Assembly: GCA_964649335.1 (NCBI GenBank)
Contig: CAZYPI010000001.1
Location: 1-56,120 of the forward strand
Reading direction: 5' to 3'
From: an uncultured Rikenellaceae bacterium
GTDB taxonomy: Bacteria; Bacteroidota; Bacteroidia; Bacteroidales; VadinHA17
Length of the DNA stretch: 56,120 bases
In this document: piece after piece, positions 44,008 to 53,931 of the stretch
Layout of the letters: each line of letters opens with the position of its first letter
How positions within the stretch are numbered: position 1 is the first letter of the stretch
Notes under the pieces: model-generated
The model's database searches: none
Seen by the model: only the letters and a program-made list of their open reading frames with translations
What the model was told of the DNA's origin: nothing
Position numbers and translations under genes: made by a program

Positions 44008-45021
44008 TTATTCTTCTACAATCGGTGTAAGCACCAAATCCTTGTAAAACACCTTTCCGTGATCTCCCTGAAGATAAACCGGGCCGGGTTTTAACTCGTC
44101 GGAGGTCATGGCTCCGCCGGTTACACCTTCTATGGGCCGGTTATCAATGATCTTAACCCCGTTCAGAATAACCGTAAGATGTCTTTTACAAAGGGTGATA
44201 TCCAGTGTCTGCCACTCCCCGGCTTTCTTTTCGGCAGCCACCGAGGGGGTGATGCGTGAATAAAGGGCTCCCATATTATGACTGTCCAAAGGTTTCCCGT
44301 AACTGTCAAGTACCTGAATCTCATAAATACCCCGCAGGTAAATTCCGCTGTTACTGCCTTTGGGTACATTCACCTTAAGTTTCAGGTTAAAATCCTTATA
44401 CTCGGCGTCGGTCCTTAAATTCCCATAATGGATATGAGGTTGTCCGGGATGTTGTACGGGATCATTCATTAACACGCCTTTTTCAACAGACCATCCGTTT
44501 ACCGCATCCGGTTCAATCAATCGCCATCCTGACAAATCTTTACCTATCAGCTTCACCGGTTTTCCGTATTTAACTTTTGACAAATCGGGTGCAGGAGGCA
44601 CCGGCGGGATTTTATCGGCATTGACATAATAAATGTCAGCGCCTTTGCCGTCATGATGTGGCATCACCATGGTTCCGACCAGTTGCTTATTATTTCCTTC
44701 AAGCGTAAGTACCCGGGTAGCGGTATGCACCTTTTCATTGCCTTTGGCATCTTTGAACTTCTCTTCCCTGATACGTGTCACCACCAACTTGCCGTTTACA
44801 ACATAAACATTGGCAACAGGCAAAACACTCCCCCAACGCCACAGCAATTCGGCATCAAGAATTCCGTTATTTTCATAAACCTTAAGCCAGCCCATTCCTT
44901 CTTCGAAATGAAGAGCCCAGCGGCCAATGTACTTTTGAACATCATTCTGAGCACCGGCAGGTGCCAGTGTAAACACGGCAAACATCACTGCCCAAAAAGT
45001 CTTCTTATTAAATGAATTCAT
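44008..45021 (-). CDS. DUF1080 (3-keto-disaccharide hydrolase-like) secreted protein
   Basis: Signal peptide. 'YKDFNLKLKVNVPKGSNSGIYLRGIYEIQVLDSYG..GALYS..GEWQTLDITL..LNGVKI..GPVYLQGDHGKVFYKDL' is the DUF1080 pattern. Confidence 0.85.
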   Translation of the reverse strand: MNSFNKKTFWAVMFAVFTLAPAGAQNDVQKYIGRWALHFEEGMGWLKVYENNGILDAELLWRWGSVLPVANVYVVNGKLVVTRIREEKFKDAKGNEKVHTATRVLTLEGNNKQLVGTMVMPHHDGKGADIYYVNADKIPPVPPAPDLSKVKYGKPVKLIGKDLSGWRLIEPDAVNGWSVEKGVLMNDPVQHPGQPHIHYGNLRTDAEYKDFNLKLKVNVPKGSNSGIYLRGIYEIQVLDSYGKPLDSHNMGALYSRITPSVAAEKKAGEWQTLDITLCKRHLTVILNGVKIIDNRPIEGVTGGAMTSDELKPGPVYLQGDHGKVFYKDLVLTPIVEE

Positions 45022-45065
45022 AATTCTTTTTTTTATGTTTCAGGGATGTAAATATAAGGAATAAA

Positions 45066-45080
45066 ATGATTTAAAATCAT
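45066..45080. promoter_or_regulatory. Perfect 15-bp palindrome ATGATTTAAAATCAT upstream of the DUF1080 gene (candidate operator)
   Basis: Read directly. It lies 45-59 nt upstream of the minus-strand ATG at 45021. AT-rich palindromes of this size can also arise by chance. Confidence 0.25.
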
Positions 45081-45112
45081 AACTGTTGAAATCTGAATTA
45101 CCCCCTTAAGAT

Positions 45113-48058
45113 TCATCGTTTTTTCTTCCCTGTCACTAATAAGATATTTGCTTTGCCTGAGAATGTATCCCCTTTCGACAAAGGTCTTCTTTCCTTCTTA
45201 TAATGTGCACTAAAAAACAGATCGCCGCCACCGGTAGAGAATCCCGCTACCAAAAAGGATATTTTATCTCCGTCCACCCAGGATCTTACGGTGTTTTTAC
45301 CTTCCCCTTCTACTAATAATCCTACCCCTTTGTCATCTGTCAGACCAAGCCAGTAAACATTGTTTTTGGATGATCTGAAATCATTCGAGCCCAATTCATT
45401 GGCATCAAAACGCCAGGGATGGCCGGGAGATTGTCCGAATGCCGGTTTACGATAACTTCCGGTAAGAAAAGGCACTGCCTTCCCATGGATCCTGCCGGTA
45501 TGATCTGGCGGATAAAGGGTCCAGAGACCTTTCCGGTACCATTCCAGGTTTTCTTCCCGGCGATCCACAGAAAATACCAAACCCCATTGCCGCGGGTTTA
45601 TTTTTATATCCGATGTCAAAGTGTAATGAACATGCATGCTGCCGTCAACAGGAAAAACAATGGCAAGCGTTCCATGCGCCTCATGCCAGGAAAGGGTCAT
45701 TTTTATGCGAACAGTATCCTTCCGGATGCCTGCTGATATTTTCAAAAGCTTTCTCTCTTTACACAGATTGTTCAGCGGGGGAATATCCAGCTTAAAGTCC
45801 GTTACGCAAGGTCCCGTTGTCAGGGGAAGCATCATCAGATCAGGCCCTCCCGTCATCACTTTCTCCCCGTTAACGATGGCAGAAATCCGGCCGGTCTGCC
45901 GTTCTATCTGCCATGAAAAATGATCTCCTTTTATGGTATAATCGTTTGCTGTACTGTCCAGACTGATACTGCCGGCCTCTACTCTTTTGAATGGTTCCGG
46001 AATGCCGGTCCGCTGCCCGATGGTTATGGCGGTTTTATCCACGAGAAAGCCTTGCGGGGAGAATGTGCTCACATATAATATTTTTCCATTCAGATTTTCC
46101 TCCCCCGGTTTAATACGCAGGATTCCGGCACTTTTGGGTGGAAGATCTATTTTTACATTTCCTTTCTTTCCCCCTAATTCCCATATGATCCTGCATTCTT
46201 TGAGATTGGTAAAATCAAACCGGTTTTCCACTTCCAGCTTCAACGGTTCTCCCGGTGCCGGCACCGGCACTTCCACCTGTTTGTTGATAATGCGCACGGG
46301 GGCATAGGTTTTTTTCATGTGATAATACTCAGGTTTCTTTCTGCGCCAGCCGTCTATCACGCCCCATTCTCCATAGCCCACGGCCTTGCCGTCCGGCATA
46401 TAAAACACATCGTCAATGCCGGCCCAGATGGCACCTCCCAGTCCACCCGAACTTATATATACTTTGTCCCACATATTTTTAAAGCCTCTTCCCCAGTCGT
46501 CACGTACGCCCGGGTCGGCAGCAATCTCCCGCCGGTTATAACAATTGATGTGACAATATTCCCCGAATAACAATGGCCTGGAAAAAGTGTCTGCCACCCG
46601 GTCACCCTCCGGCCCGGGATAATGATACACCGCTATGGGCACTTCTTTGCTCCCATAATTGTTGTATCCGCCGTATGCCTGGTCGTGAAAGCTCACCGGC
46701 CTCGCCGGATCCGTTTCTTGATAAAATTTCAACAGACGTTCCCAATTGGGGCCCCAGGCCGACTCGTTGGCCATGGACCAGATGGTCACTGAGGGATGGT
46801 TGCGGTAGAAAGCAATGACCTCGCCGGCCACCTGTTGCAGGTACTCATACAGGGAAGAGGCCTGGGGATTTTTTTTCTGCCAGGCAGCATTCGCTCCGTG
46901 ACCCACCCAGCAGAAAGGATTTTCAAGCTCTACGATAAAACCCAGACTGTCACACCATTCGATAAACTCTTCTGCCGGCGGATAATGGGAAGTGCGGATG
47001 TAGTTTACATTTCCTTCCTTAAAGATTTCCGCATCCATGTGCCACAGGGTATCATTCAGACTGCGGCCCAATAGGGGATGAGACTCATGCCTGTTCACCC
47101 CGCGCATTTTTACAGGGTGACCGTTAATGTACAACCGGTTGCCTACTACTTCAATCCTTCTGAAGCCGATCTTCCTGACGATTGTTTCTCTGCCTTTGTC
47201 CGTAGCTATATCAATCAAAAGCCGGTAGCGACGCGGATGTTCCGGATCCCATGTTTGTATGCGAGAAACAGGAAATGTAAATTTTTCCTTTATCGTTTTT
47301 TCTTTTCCCTGAAAAGTCACTTTCTTTTCATTTCCGGGCAACAAAACGGGTCTTCCTTCCGGATCAAATAACCGGAACACAACATTAGCTCTTTTTATTT
47401 TCCCGGATGACCGGTGATAGGTTCCATTAACAACAAGTTGAGCATCCCGGAAGTCCATACTCAGGTTTGTTCTGATATCCAGATCCCCCAAATATGCTTC
47501 CGGCAAAGCATACAGATAGATCTTGCGTAAGATCCCCCCCAGAGAGTGGGCCGCATACTGGCTTCCGGACATGAGCGTATCTGCCAGGGTCTCGGCAGTT
47601 ACCCCGATGACAATGTTATTCTTATTTCCCGGATGGACAAAAGGGGTGATATCCAGTTCAAAAGCGGTCATGCCGCCCAGGTGGGAACCGGCTTTATGAC
47701 CGTTCACCCAGATATCCGCTTTACTATAGATGGCATCACACCGTAACATAATGTTCTTGCTTTTCCAGGATGCCGGCAATGTAAATTCTCTGGCATAAGT
47801 GACCTCTGTCCCCGGCTTTATCTGAAAACCCTGCATGGCCCATTCGCCGGGAACCCGGATATCTTTCCATCTATTTGTTTTTATTTTTGTATCCACAAAA
47901 CTTTTATGAAATGACGGATAGAATTTCCAGGTACCGTTGAGGGGAAAAACTGGTTGGCTTATTTTTGACACTTTTACAGGGACACAAATATATTGTGCCG
48001 ATAGAGAAGTAATAAAAGCCACCAAAAAAAACGAAATAATAAAAAATGTTTTTTTCAT
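45113..48058 (-). CDS. Glycoside hydrolase family 2 (beta-galactosidase/beta-glucuronidase-like) with an extended C-terminal region
   Basis: Signal peptide. 'NYIRTSHYPPAEEFIEWCDSLGF' and acid/base 'WSMANESAWG'. Confidence 0.9.
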   Translation of the reverse strand: MKKTFFIISFFLVAFITSLSAQYICVPVKVSKISQPVFPLNGTWKFYPSFHKSFVDTKIKTNRWKDIRVPGEWAMQGFQIKPGTEVTYAREFTLPASWKSKNIMLRCDAIYSKADIWVNGHKAGSHLGGMTAFELDITPFVHPGNKNNIVIGVTAETLADTLMSGSQYAAHSLGGILRKIYLYALPEAYLGDLDIRTNLSMDFRDAQLVVNGTYHRSSGKIKRANVVFRLFDPEGRPVLLPGNEKKVTFQGKEKTIKEKFTFPVSRIQTWDPEHPRRYRLLIDIATDKGRETIVRKIGFRRIEVVGNRLYINGHPVKMRGVNRHESHPLLGRSLNDTLWHMDAEIFKEGNVNYIRTSHYPPAEEFIEWCDSLGFIVELENPFCWVGHGANAAWQKKNPQASSLYEYLQQVAGEVIAFYRNHPSVTIWSMANESAWGPNWERLLKFYQETDPARPVSFHDQAYGGYNNYGSKEVPIAVYHYPGPEGDRVADTFSRPLLFGEYCHINCYNRREIAADPGVRDDWGRGFKNMWDKVYISSGGLGGAIWAGIDDVFYMPDGKAVGYGEWGVIDGWRRKKPEYYHMKKTYAPVRIINKQVEVPVPAPGEPLKLEVENRFDFTNLKECRIIWELGGKKGNVKIDLPPKSAGILRIKPGEENLNGKILYVSTFSPQGFLVDKTAITIGQRTGIPEPFKRVEAGSISLDSTANDYTIKGDHFSWQIERQTGRISAIVNGEKVMTGGPDLMMLPLTTGPCVTDFKLDIPPLNNLCKERKLLKISAGIRKDTVRIKMTLSWHEAHGTLAIVFPVDGSMHVHYTLTSDIKINPRQWGLVFSVDRREENLEWYRKGLWTLYPPDHTGRIHGKAVPFLTGSYRKPAFGQSPGHPWRFDANELGSNDFRSSKNNVYWLGLTDDKGVGLLVEGEGKNTVRSWVDGDKISFLVAGFSTGGGDLFFSAHYKKERRPLSKGDTFSGKANILLVTGKKKR

Positions 48059-48208
48059 TATTATAAAAATAATTTTTCGTTTGAATTATTACAAACAATT
48101 ACTACTCAATAATATACATTATCTATTCCTAAAGCAACTATTTTAACGCAACATTTGAAATGACAAATTTTATTATTCACGTGTTATTGTCCAAAATTCG
48201 TAAAGAAT

Positions 48209-50656
48209 TCATTTAACATGATCAGAAACCATTAACATATCAGTAACGACATAATCCTTTCCCTGGCGCGTATCAAACTCAACTTTTTTGTTTTTGTATC
48301 TGATTTTACAATAGTTCCCGTTTTTGGAAAAGACCACAGCCTTTTTCAGTTTGCCGTTTTGCCATTCGATGTTTACAACAAAACCACCTCTGGCGCACAA
48401 GCCTGTCACTTTTCCGTCGGGCCAGGCTTCCGGCAAGGCCGGCAACAGGTTTATCATACCCGCCCGGCTCTGCAGTAACATCCCGGCAATCCCGGCAGTA
48501 CCCCCAAAGTTCCCATCAATCTGAAAAGGCGGATGAGCATCAAACAGATTGAAATAAGTACCGCCCCTGTTTGCCATATCAATGGTCATTTCATCTACCG
48601 GTTTCATCAGATTTCTGAATAGTTTATAAGCATGGTTTCCGTCCAGTAACCGTGCCCACAGATTTATCTTCCATGCCAGGGACCATCCGGTGCCTTTATC
48701 TCCGCGTACCTCTAACGTTTTCCGGCATGCAGCAGCAAGTTTCGGTGTCTCATAAGGATTTATCTCATCATACGGATAGAGGCCATAAAGCAGGGAGACA
48801 TGTCTGTGGTGAATATCCACTTCCCGGTAAGGTTTCAGCCATTCCTGAAGCCGTCCGTCCGGACCAATCTGATTGGGAGCCAGACGTTCCCGGTTTTTTT
48901 TAAGATCTTCTCTGAAAGAGCGGTCTGTTCCGAGGATCTCCGCAGCAGAAATAGTGTTGGCAAACAATTCGCGAAGGACCTGCATATCTATGGCAGGGCC
49001 CATACAGGTATGCACGACATCTCTATGCTCGTCAACAAATGCATTCTCGGGAGAGTTGGAAGGAGCGGTTACCAGCCAGCCGTGTTCAGGCTCTTCGATT
49101 AACATCCCCAGGTAAAACTGCGCAGATGCTTTCATAATGGGATAAGCCCATTTCAGGTATTCTTTATCCTGGGTGAAAGCATAATGTTCCCATAAATGTT
49201 CGCACAGCCATGCCGAACCGATGACCGTAGAACCCCAGCTTGCCGACTCACCCGGAGCGGTGAAACCCCAGGCATTCGTAATTACATGAGCTACCCATCC
49301 GTCATTGTTGTAATATGCTTTTGCTGTTTTCCTTCCGGGCACTTGTAATGATTCTATTAATTTTAATAGCGGCTTATGGCAATCGCTCAGGTTGCAAACC
49401 TCTGCCGGCCAGTAGTTCATCTGAACATTGATATCCAGGTGCCAGTCTGCGTTCCAGGGTGTCTGTATCTCTTCGGCCCAGATCCCCTGAAGATTCGCCG
49501 GCAGGGTGCCGGGGCGTGAAGAACTGATCAGCAAATATCTGCCAAAATTAAAGTAGAGTGAAGCCAGTCCGGGGTCGTGATCCTCCTGCTCAAACTGCAT
49601 CAGCCGGCGGTCAGTAGGTAATTTCTCATTCTCTCTGCTCATTTTGCTTCCGTCCCCCAGAAAAAGGGAGACGCGATTAAAATACCTCCCGTAGTCCGCA
49701 ACATGGTCGGCAAGTAATTTATTATATTTCTTTGCCGAGGCGGTGGCGATCACCTCCTGCGTTTTGGCAACGGGATCAACCACTTTCCTGATACGCGGAA
49801 CGTTACCGTGATAATCCGTTTCCGCATCAAACAGTATCAATACCTCATCAGCACCCGATATCTCCAAAGTATTTCCATTGGCATGAACCTTACCATTACG
49901 GGGGACTACCCTGACTCTTGCAGCATATTTCACGCCCCGGTTTCCACCTTGTCCGTCGGGAAGCTGTCCTGTCATGAGCAGTTCATTATCATCCATTACT
50001 ACCGTCTTTGAGCGTTCGGGACGATCCATCCGTACCTTAAAATGTAAAGATCCTTTCTTGTCCGACGTAAGCCGGATCACGCCTGCCTCATCAGGGGAGC
50101 TGATGAAATAGGTTCTTTGATACGACACATTCCCTCTGCGATAACTCACTTCGGCCACCGCTCTGCTCAGATCCAGTGACCTGCGGTAATCCGAAACACT
50201 GTCTTTCGATCCTTTGAAGTTGAGGTGCAGGGTACCCAGCGTCTGGTAACAGCCGTAAGGAGCATTGGCGGCACGCCCGTGGCCGGACCCTTCTCCGCGA
50301 CAGATAAAGGTCTTGTTCACCAGCTGCTCGGCTTCGGCGTTCCTGCCGGCCAGCAACAGCTTTCTTATCTCCGGCAGTTTCTTATAAGCATCTTTCCGGT
50401 TGTTGTCAAAAGGCGAGCCCGACCACATGGATTCTTCATTGAGTATGATCCGGTCTTTGTTCACACCGCCGAAAACCATAAATCCCAATCTGCCATTACC
50501 CAGCGGAAAGGATTGCGTAAAGTTTTTTGCCGGACGGTCAAACCATATTGTCGTTGAATAGTCTGTTTTATCCATGGGAATAAAAGTGTACGAAAACAAT
50601 ATCGAAAGCACAAAGGCAACCGTACCTAACATGCTTATTCTTTTAATTTTCCTCAT
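48209..50656 (-). CDS. Glycoside hydrolase family 95 (alpha-L-fucosidase/alpha-L-galactosidase type)
   Basis: N-terminal '[31 protein letters not shown]' plus a long (alpha/alpha)6 region typical of GH95. Confidence 0.92.
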   Translation of the reverse strand: MRKIKRISMLGTVAFVLSILFSYTFIPMDKTDYSTTIWFDRPAKNFTQSFPLGNGRLGFMVFGGVNKDRIILNEESMWSGSPFDNNRKDAYKKLPEIRKLLLAGRNAEAEQLVNKTFICRGEGSGHGRAANAPYGCYQTLGTLHLNFKGSKDSVSDYRRSLDLSRAVAEVSYRRGNVSYQRTYFISSPDEAGVIRLTSDKKGSLHFKVRMDRPERSKTVVMDDNELLMTGQLPDGQGGNRGVKYAARVRVVPRNGKVHANGNTLEISGADEVLILFDAETDYHGNVPRIRKVVDPVAKTQEVIATASAKKYNKLLADHVADYGRYFNRVSLFLGDGSKMSRENEKLPTDRRLMQFEQEDHDPGLASLYFNFGRYLLISSSRPGTLPANLQGIWAEEIQTPWNADWHLDINVQMNYWPAEVCNLSDCHKPLLKLIESLQVPGRKTAKAYYNNDGWVAHVITNAWGFTAPGESASWGSTVIGSAWLCEHLWEHYAFTQDKEYLKWAYPIMKASAQFYLGMLIEEPEHGWLVTAPSNSPENAFVDEHRDVVHTCMGPAIDMQVLRELFANTISAAEILGTDRSFREDLKKNRERLAPNQIGPDGRLQEWLKPYREVDIHHRHVSLLYGLYPYDEINPYETPKLAAACRKTLEVRGDKGTGWSLAWKINLWARLLDGNHAYKLFRNLMKPVDEMTIDMANRGGTYFNLFDAHPPFQIDGNFGGTAGIAGMLLQSRAGMINLLPALPEAWPDGKVTGLCARGGFVVNIEWQNGKLKKAVVFSKNGNYCKIRYKNKKVEFDTRQGKDYVVTDMLMVSDHVK

Positions 50657-50718
50657 ACTTTTTTTGTATTAATGTTGCTTTGAAATTCATGTCCTTTTGG
50701 GCGTGGCGGTTTAATGAT

Positions 50719-53700
50719 TTACCAAATCATGATTATCTTTTTGTGTAATCGGGGTTTATTTATTTCCCTTAGGTACATCAACCATCCTTTTTCCGGCTCA
50801 ATGGGAATCCGATCACCGGGTTTAAATACAGCATGTTTCTGAAAATCCTTTATCTCCGGTGCTACAAGAACTGACCTTTCCGGATCGAGACCTAAGGCGG
50901 CCCAATCAAACCGAAACGTAAACAAGGATGGTTTATCCGCCCAACTGGCAACGGAAATTAATGATTCTCCTTTTTTCCGGTAGACGGTAGCAAGAATTTT
51001 CGGATTATTTGTTCTTACGGGGCAAACCTTTTCCCAGTATCCTTTCATGGATGAAGATTCGATACCGAATTCATCCCATATTTTCCATACAGGTCTGGGA
51101 TCACATTTAACTTTTTCGGTTGTCCAGGGATAACGTACAGTCATTCCGTAAACCATCCCCCTCCAGCGATTACCACCGCCCTGCAGCATATCGCCCATCA
51201 ATCCAAACGGGATACCCGACACTTCCACAAGCCAATTTGCCGGTGACATTTTATTATACTGAAAGCTTTCACCAAACCACAATTTATCGAGATAAGGAAA
51301 AAATTCAGCATATTGATTTGCCGGTCCTTTTGAGAACCCTGTATTGGAATGAAGATCCAACAAACAACCGGGTTTATCGTGATCCAGTACTTTCCTGATC
51401 CGTTTAACAATACGGCGATCATAGGCCACATCATCAAGATAAAGCCCGTCAATATCCACATTCCGGACCAGCCAGTTCAGACCTTCGATATAGTAGTTAT
51501 ACCACCTCGAAGGACCCGGGGCATTCACTACGGAAGCATCCGGACTTTTATCGGGAAAATGCTGGTACCACTGCGGCCTGTAATCATCAATAAAGTGTTC
51601 ACGCAACCAGGGATAACCTCCTCCATTCCCTTTGCCAAGTATTTCATGGCCAAGACTTCTAAGAGCCCAAATCTCTGTAGTATAATTCGTGAGTTCACGG
51701 ATTGTATAATAGATTTTCACTTTCACGCCTTTGCTGTGCAATTTATTTACAAACCATTTCATTGAATCCACCGCAATAAAAGGATAATTAATGTGGGGAT
51801 TGTAGTTATTGGCATGGTGGAGATTCACTATTTTTATACCGCAAGCCAAATCGCTGTCTGAGGGCATCGGTTTACTGCCGTTGTGATAATACCGGTCGAC
51901 AAACTGACTGTAGTAATTGATTTTTTTCACGGGAGTAATAAGTAATGACCACTCAAAATCAATACTCTCTCCACTTTTCAATGTCCGTTTGCCACTATAA
52001 ACAATAGCCTTTGTTACTCCGGAATTTTTAACAAGCTTAAAACCTCCGTTATCATTGTTATACCATGAGGGCGGAGGGGCGGGATGATAAAGATTCAGCA
52101 ACGGGCCGCTATAGGTGCTTCCCCGTAGTTCACACCACAACCCTCCATAAGGATCACCTATCCAAAAACTGTCGTAAGGCCCTCTCCATTTGGATTGATG
52201 CTTCTGCGGAACTTTTGTCCCCGGCAGCCCCATCCCTATCATATACTCAGCTATGTCACTCTTAAAAGGAATTTCGAGTCTGATATCATGAAGATTTATA
52301 TTTTTCAGAGCTTTTACTTTGTATTTATAATTCATGTAACCATCCGATTCAATAGATGCCGTACCTGATAATTCAATGTCGGACGAGTGACTTTTCCATG
52401 ATACACTATAGATGCCGGGTTTATTTTTCAGAACAGTCAAGCCATCCGGTGGAGAAAACCGCTCCACCCCATGGGGCGTTTCAATAATAAACGAAAGCGG
52501 ATGCGCTAATATTTCTGTTCCACGTATATTGATCCGTCCGGGCATCCTGTCTTTGCCCAGGGTTACTTTTTTGTCAGAAAGAAGGTAGGAGCTGTCATTC
52601 ATCAGTACAATGGCCTTATAAGGTTTTGTCGGTTTATCGTCAATTCCTAATGTTGAATTCAGCCAGCGAAGACGCGAGTGCCTCCACGGTTCACTATCGC
52701 CCCGGTCAGCAAGAATCTTATTCGTAATTTTAAGAAATACCCCTACAGTTTGTGTATTTGAGTTTTCAGGATGTACGGTGACTGTCCCCCGATAGGTACC
52801 GGAAGGTATATCTTCAGGTATATCAATCCCGATCCAGAAGGGCTGAACATCCCCTTTTTTAACGTCAATCCGCTTTGTAAAAGTGTGTCCGAAGGGATCT
52901 GTTCCTCCGGTGTTAAAACAGGTAAAATGAGAAGGAGACAACTCAAAACCATTTCCATTAAATGCCGAAAATTCTATTTTTACATTTTGTAATTCCTTTT
53001 TCGAGGCATATACACCCAACTGAAAGGCATAATATTCATTCTTACAAGCCTCACCGCTAAACTTATCTGAAGGACCTTTTCGTATCCATTTCAATGGGAT
53101 TTCATCTTTCATACGAATGGGGTATCTCCTGTTTTCCGGGAAAACCAGGTAATCTTCATCATCATATTTTTCCAAAAGGGCCTTCTTTTCTGATGCCAGA
53201 GGGATTATTTCCATGGGATAAAAGCTGTCAAAGGCTGTTCTTGCCTGGAATGCTACCGGTTTTGCTTTAACAAACCCGCTAAACCGAAGGGTATCATTCG
53301 CATGGTTTATAATGACCCAGGAGGATGAAGGAGCTTTTTCAGGTTTAAGGTAATCTTTATGGTAGAATCCCCAGCCCTCCTGTACCTCATAGGGCAAATA
53401 GTAAAAATAGTAGGTTCCCTTCTTCCGGACGGGACCAAACGCAATTTTGCATTGCTCGTTGTTTACCCTGTAACGAAAAATATTGAGAACAGTATCTCCC
53501 GTCTCAGCATTTACAATGAGGAATCTTTTATTCTCAGGATGACGGTCATGCCGTCGCCATATAAGATCAATGGCAACGATATCGGACACTTTTGAGATTT
53601 TCAGCACAGCCCGGTGGTTTCCATATGCTTCCGGCCATGGAGACCGGGGAACAGTGTAAGCCGGCTCCGGCGTCTTAGGATTACAAGATGATAAAATCAA

Positions 53701-53733
53701 ACCTGTCAAAATAAATACATATATGTTTTTCAT
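50719..53733 (-). CDS. Large lipoprotein, putative glycoside hydrolase (C-terminal TIM-barrel-like region; the GH123/DUF4091-like assignment is tentative)
   Basis: Lipobox 'LILSSC', 1004 aa. The C-terminal half has 'VNLHHANNYNPHINYPF', 'VKVKIYYTIRELTN' and 'DIDGLYLDDVAYDRRIVKRIRKVL'. The gene is embedded among GH genes. The CDS is certain; the family is not. Confidence 0.8.
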   Translation of the reverse strand: MKNIYVFILTGLILSSCNPKTPEPAYTVPRSPWPEAYGNHRAVLKISKVSDIVAIDLIWRRHDRHPENKRFLIVNAETGDTVLNIFRYRVNNEQCKIAFGPVRKKGTYYFYYLPYEVQEGWGFYHKDYLKPEKAPSSSWVIINHANDTLRFSGFVKAKPVAFQARTAFDSFYPMEIIPLASEKKALLEKYDDEDYLVFPENRRYPIRMKDEIPLKWIRKGPSDKFSGEACKNEYYAFQLGVYASKKELQNVKIEFSAFNGNGFELSPSHFTCFNTGGTDPFGHTFTKRIDVKKGDVQPFWIGIDIPEDIPSGTYRGTVTVHPENSNTQTVGVFLKITNKILADRGDSEPWRHSRLRWLNSTLGIDDKPTKPYKAIVLMNDSSYLLSDKKVTLGKDRMPGRINIRGTEILAHPLSFIIETPHGVERFSPPDGLTVLKNKPGIYSVSWKSHSSDIELSGTASIESDGYMNYKYKVKALKNINLHDIRLEIPFKSDIAEYMIGMGLPGTKVPQKHQSKWRGPYDSFWIGDPYGGLWCELRGSTYSGPLLNLYHPAPPPSWYNNDNGGFKLVKNSGVTKAIVYSGKRTLKSGESIDFEWSLLITPVKKINYYSQFVDRYYHNGSKPMPSDSDLACGIKIVNLHHANNYNPHINYPFIAVDSMKWFVNKLHSKGVKVKIYYTIRELTNYTTEIWALRSLGHEILGKGNGGGYPWLREHFIDDYRPQWYQHFPDKSPDASVVNAPGPSRWYNYYIEGLNWLVRNVDIDGLYLDDVAYDRRIVKRIRKVLDHDKPGCLLDLHSNTGFSKGPANQYAEFFPYLDKLWFGESFQYNKMSPANWLVEVSGIPFGLMGDMLQGGGNRWRGMVYGMTVRYPWTTEKVKCDPRPVWKIWDEFGIESSSMKGYWEKVCPVRTNNPKILATVYRKKGESLISVASWADKPSLFTFRFDWAALGLDPERSVLVAPEIKDFQKHAVFKPGDRIPIEPEKGWLMYLREINKPRLHKKIIMIW

Positions 53734-53931
53734 CTGTTTATATTTTCAATATCATTTTGATAATCTGTTTTCTATGCTTTCAGGTAACTCCCTCTGTCAT
53801 TATCCTGCAACCGTCAGGATCAGGAACTGTTTTGAAATTAATATTAATCAGTGAAAATATTTCAGGGGTTAAAAGATAATGTACCCTACATTGTTATGTG
53901 TGATAGCTCCGGATCTTACTTCCTAAAAAGA

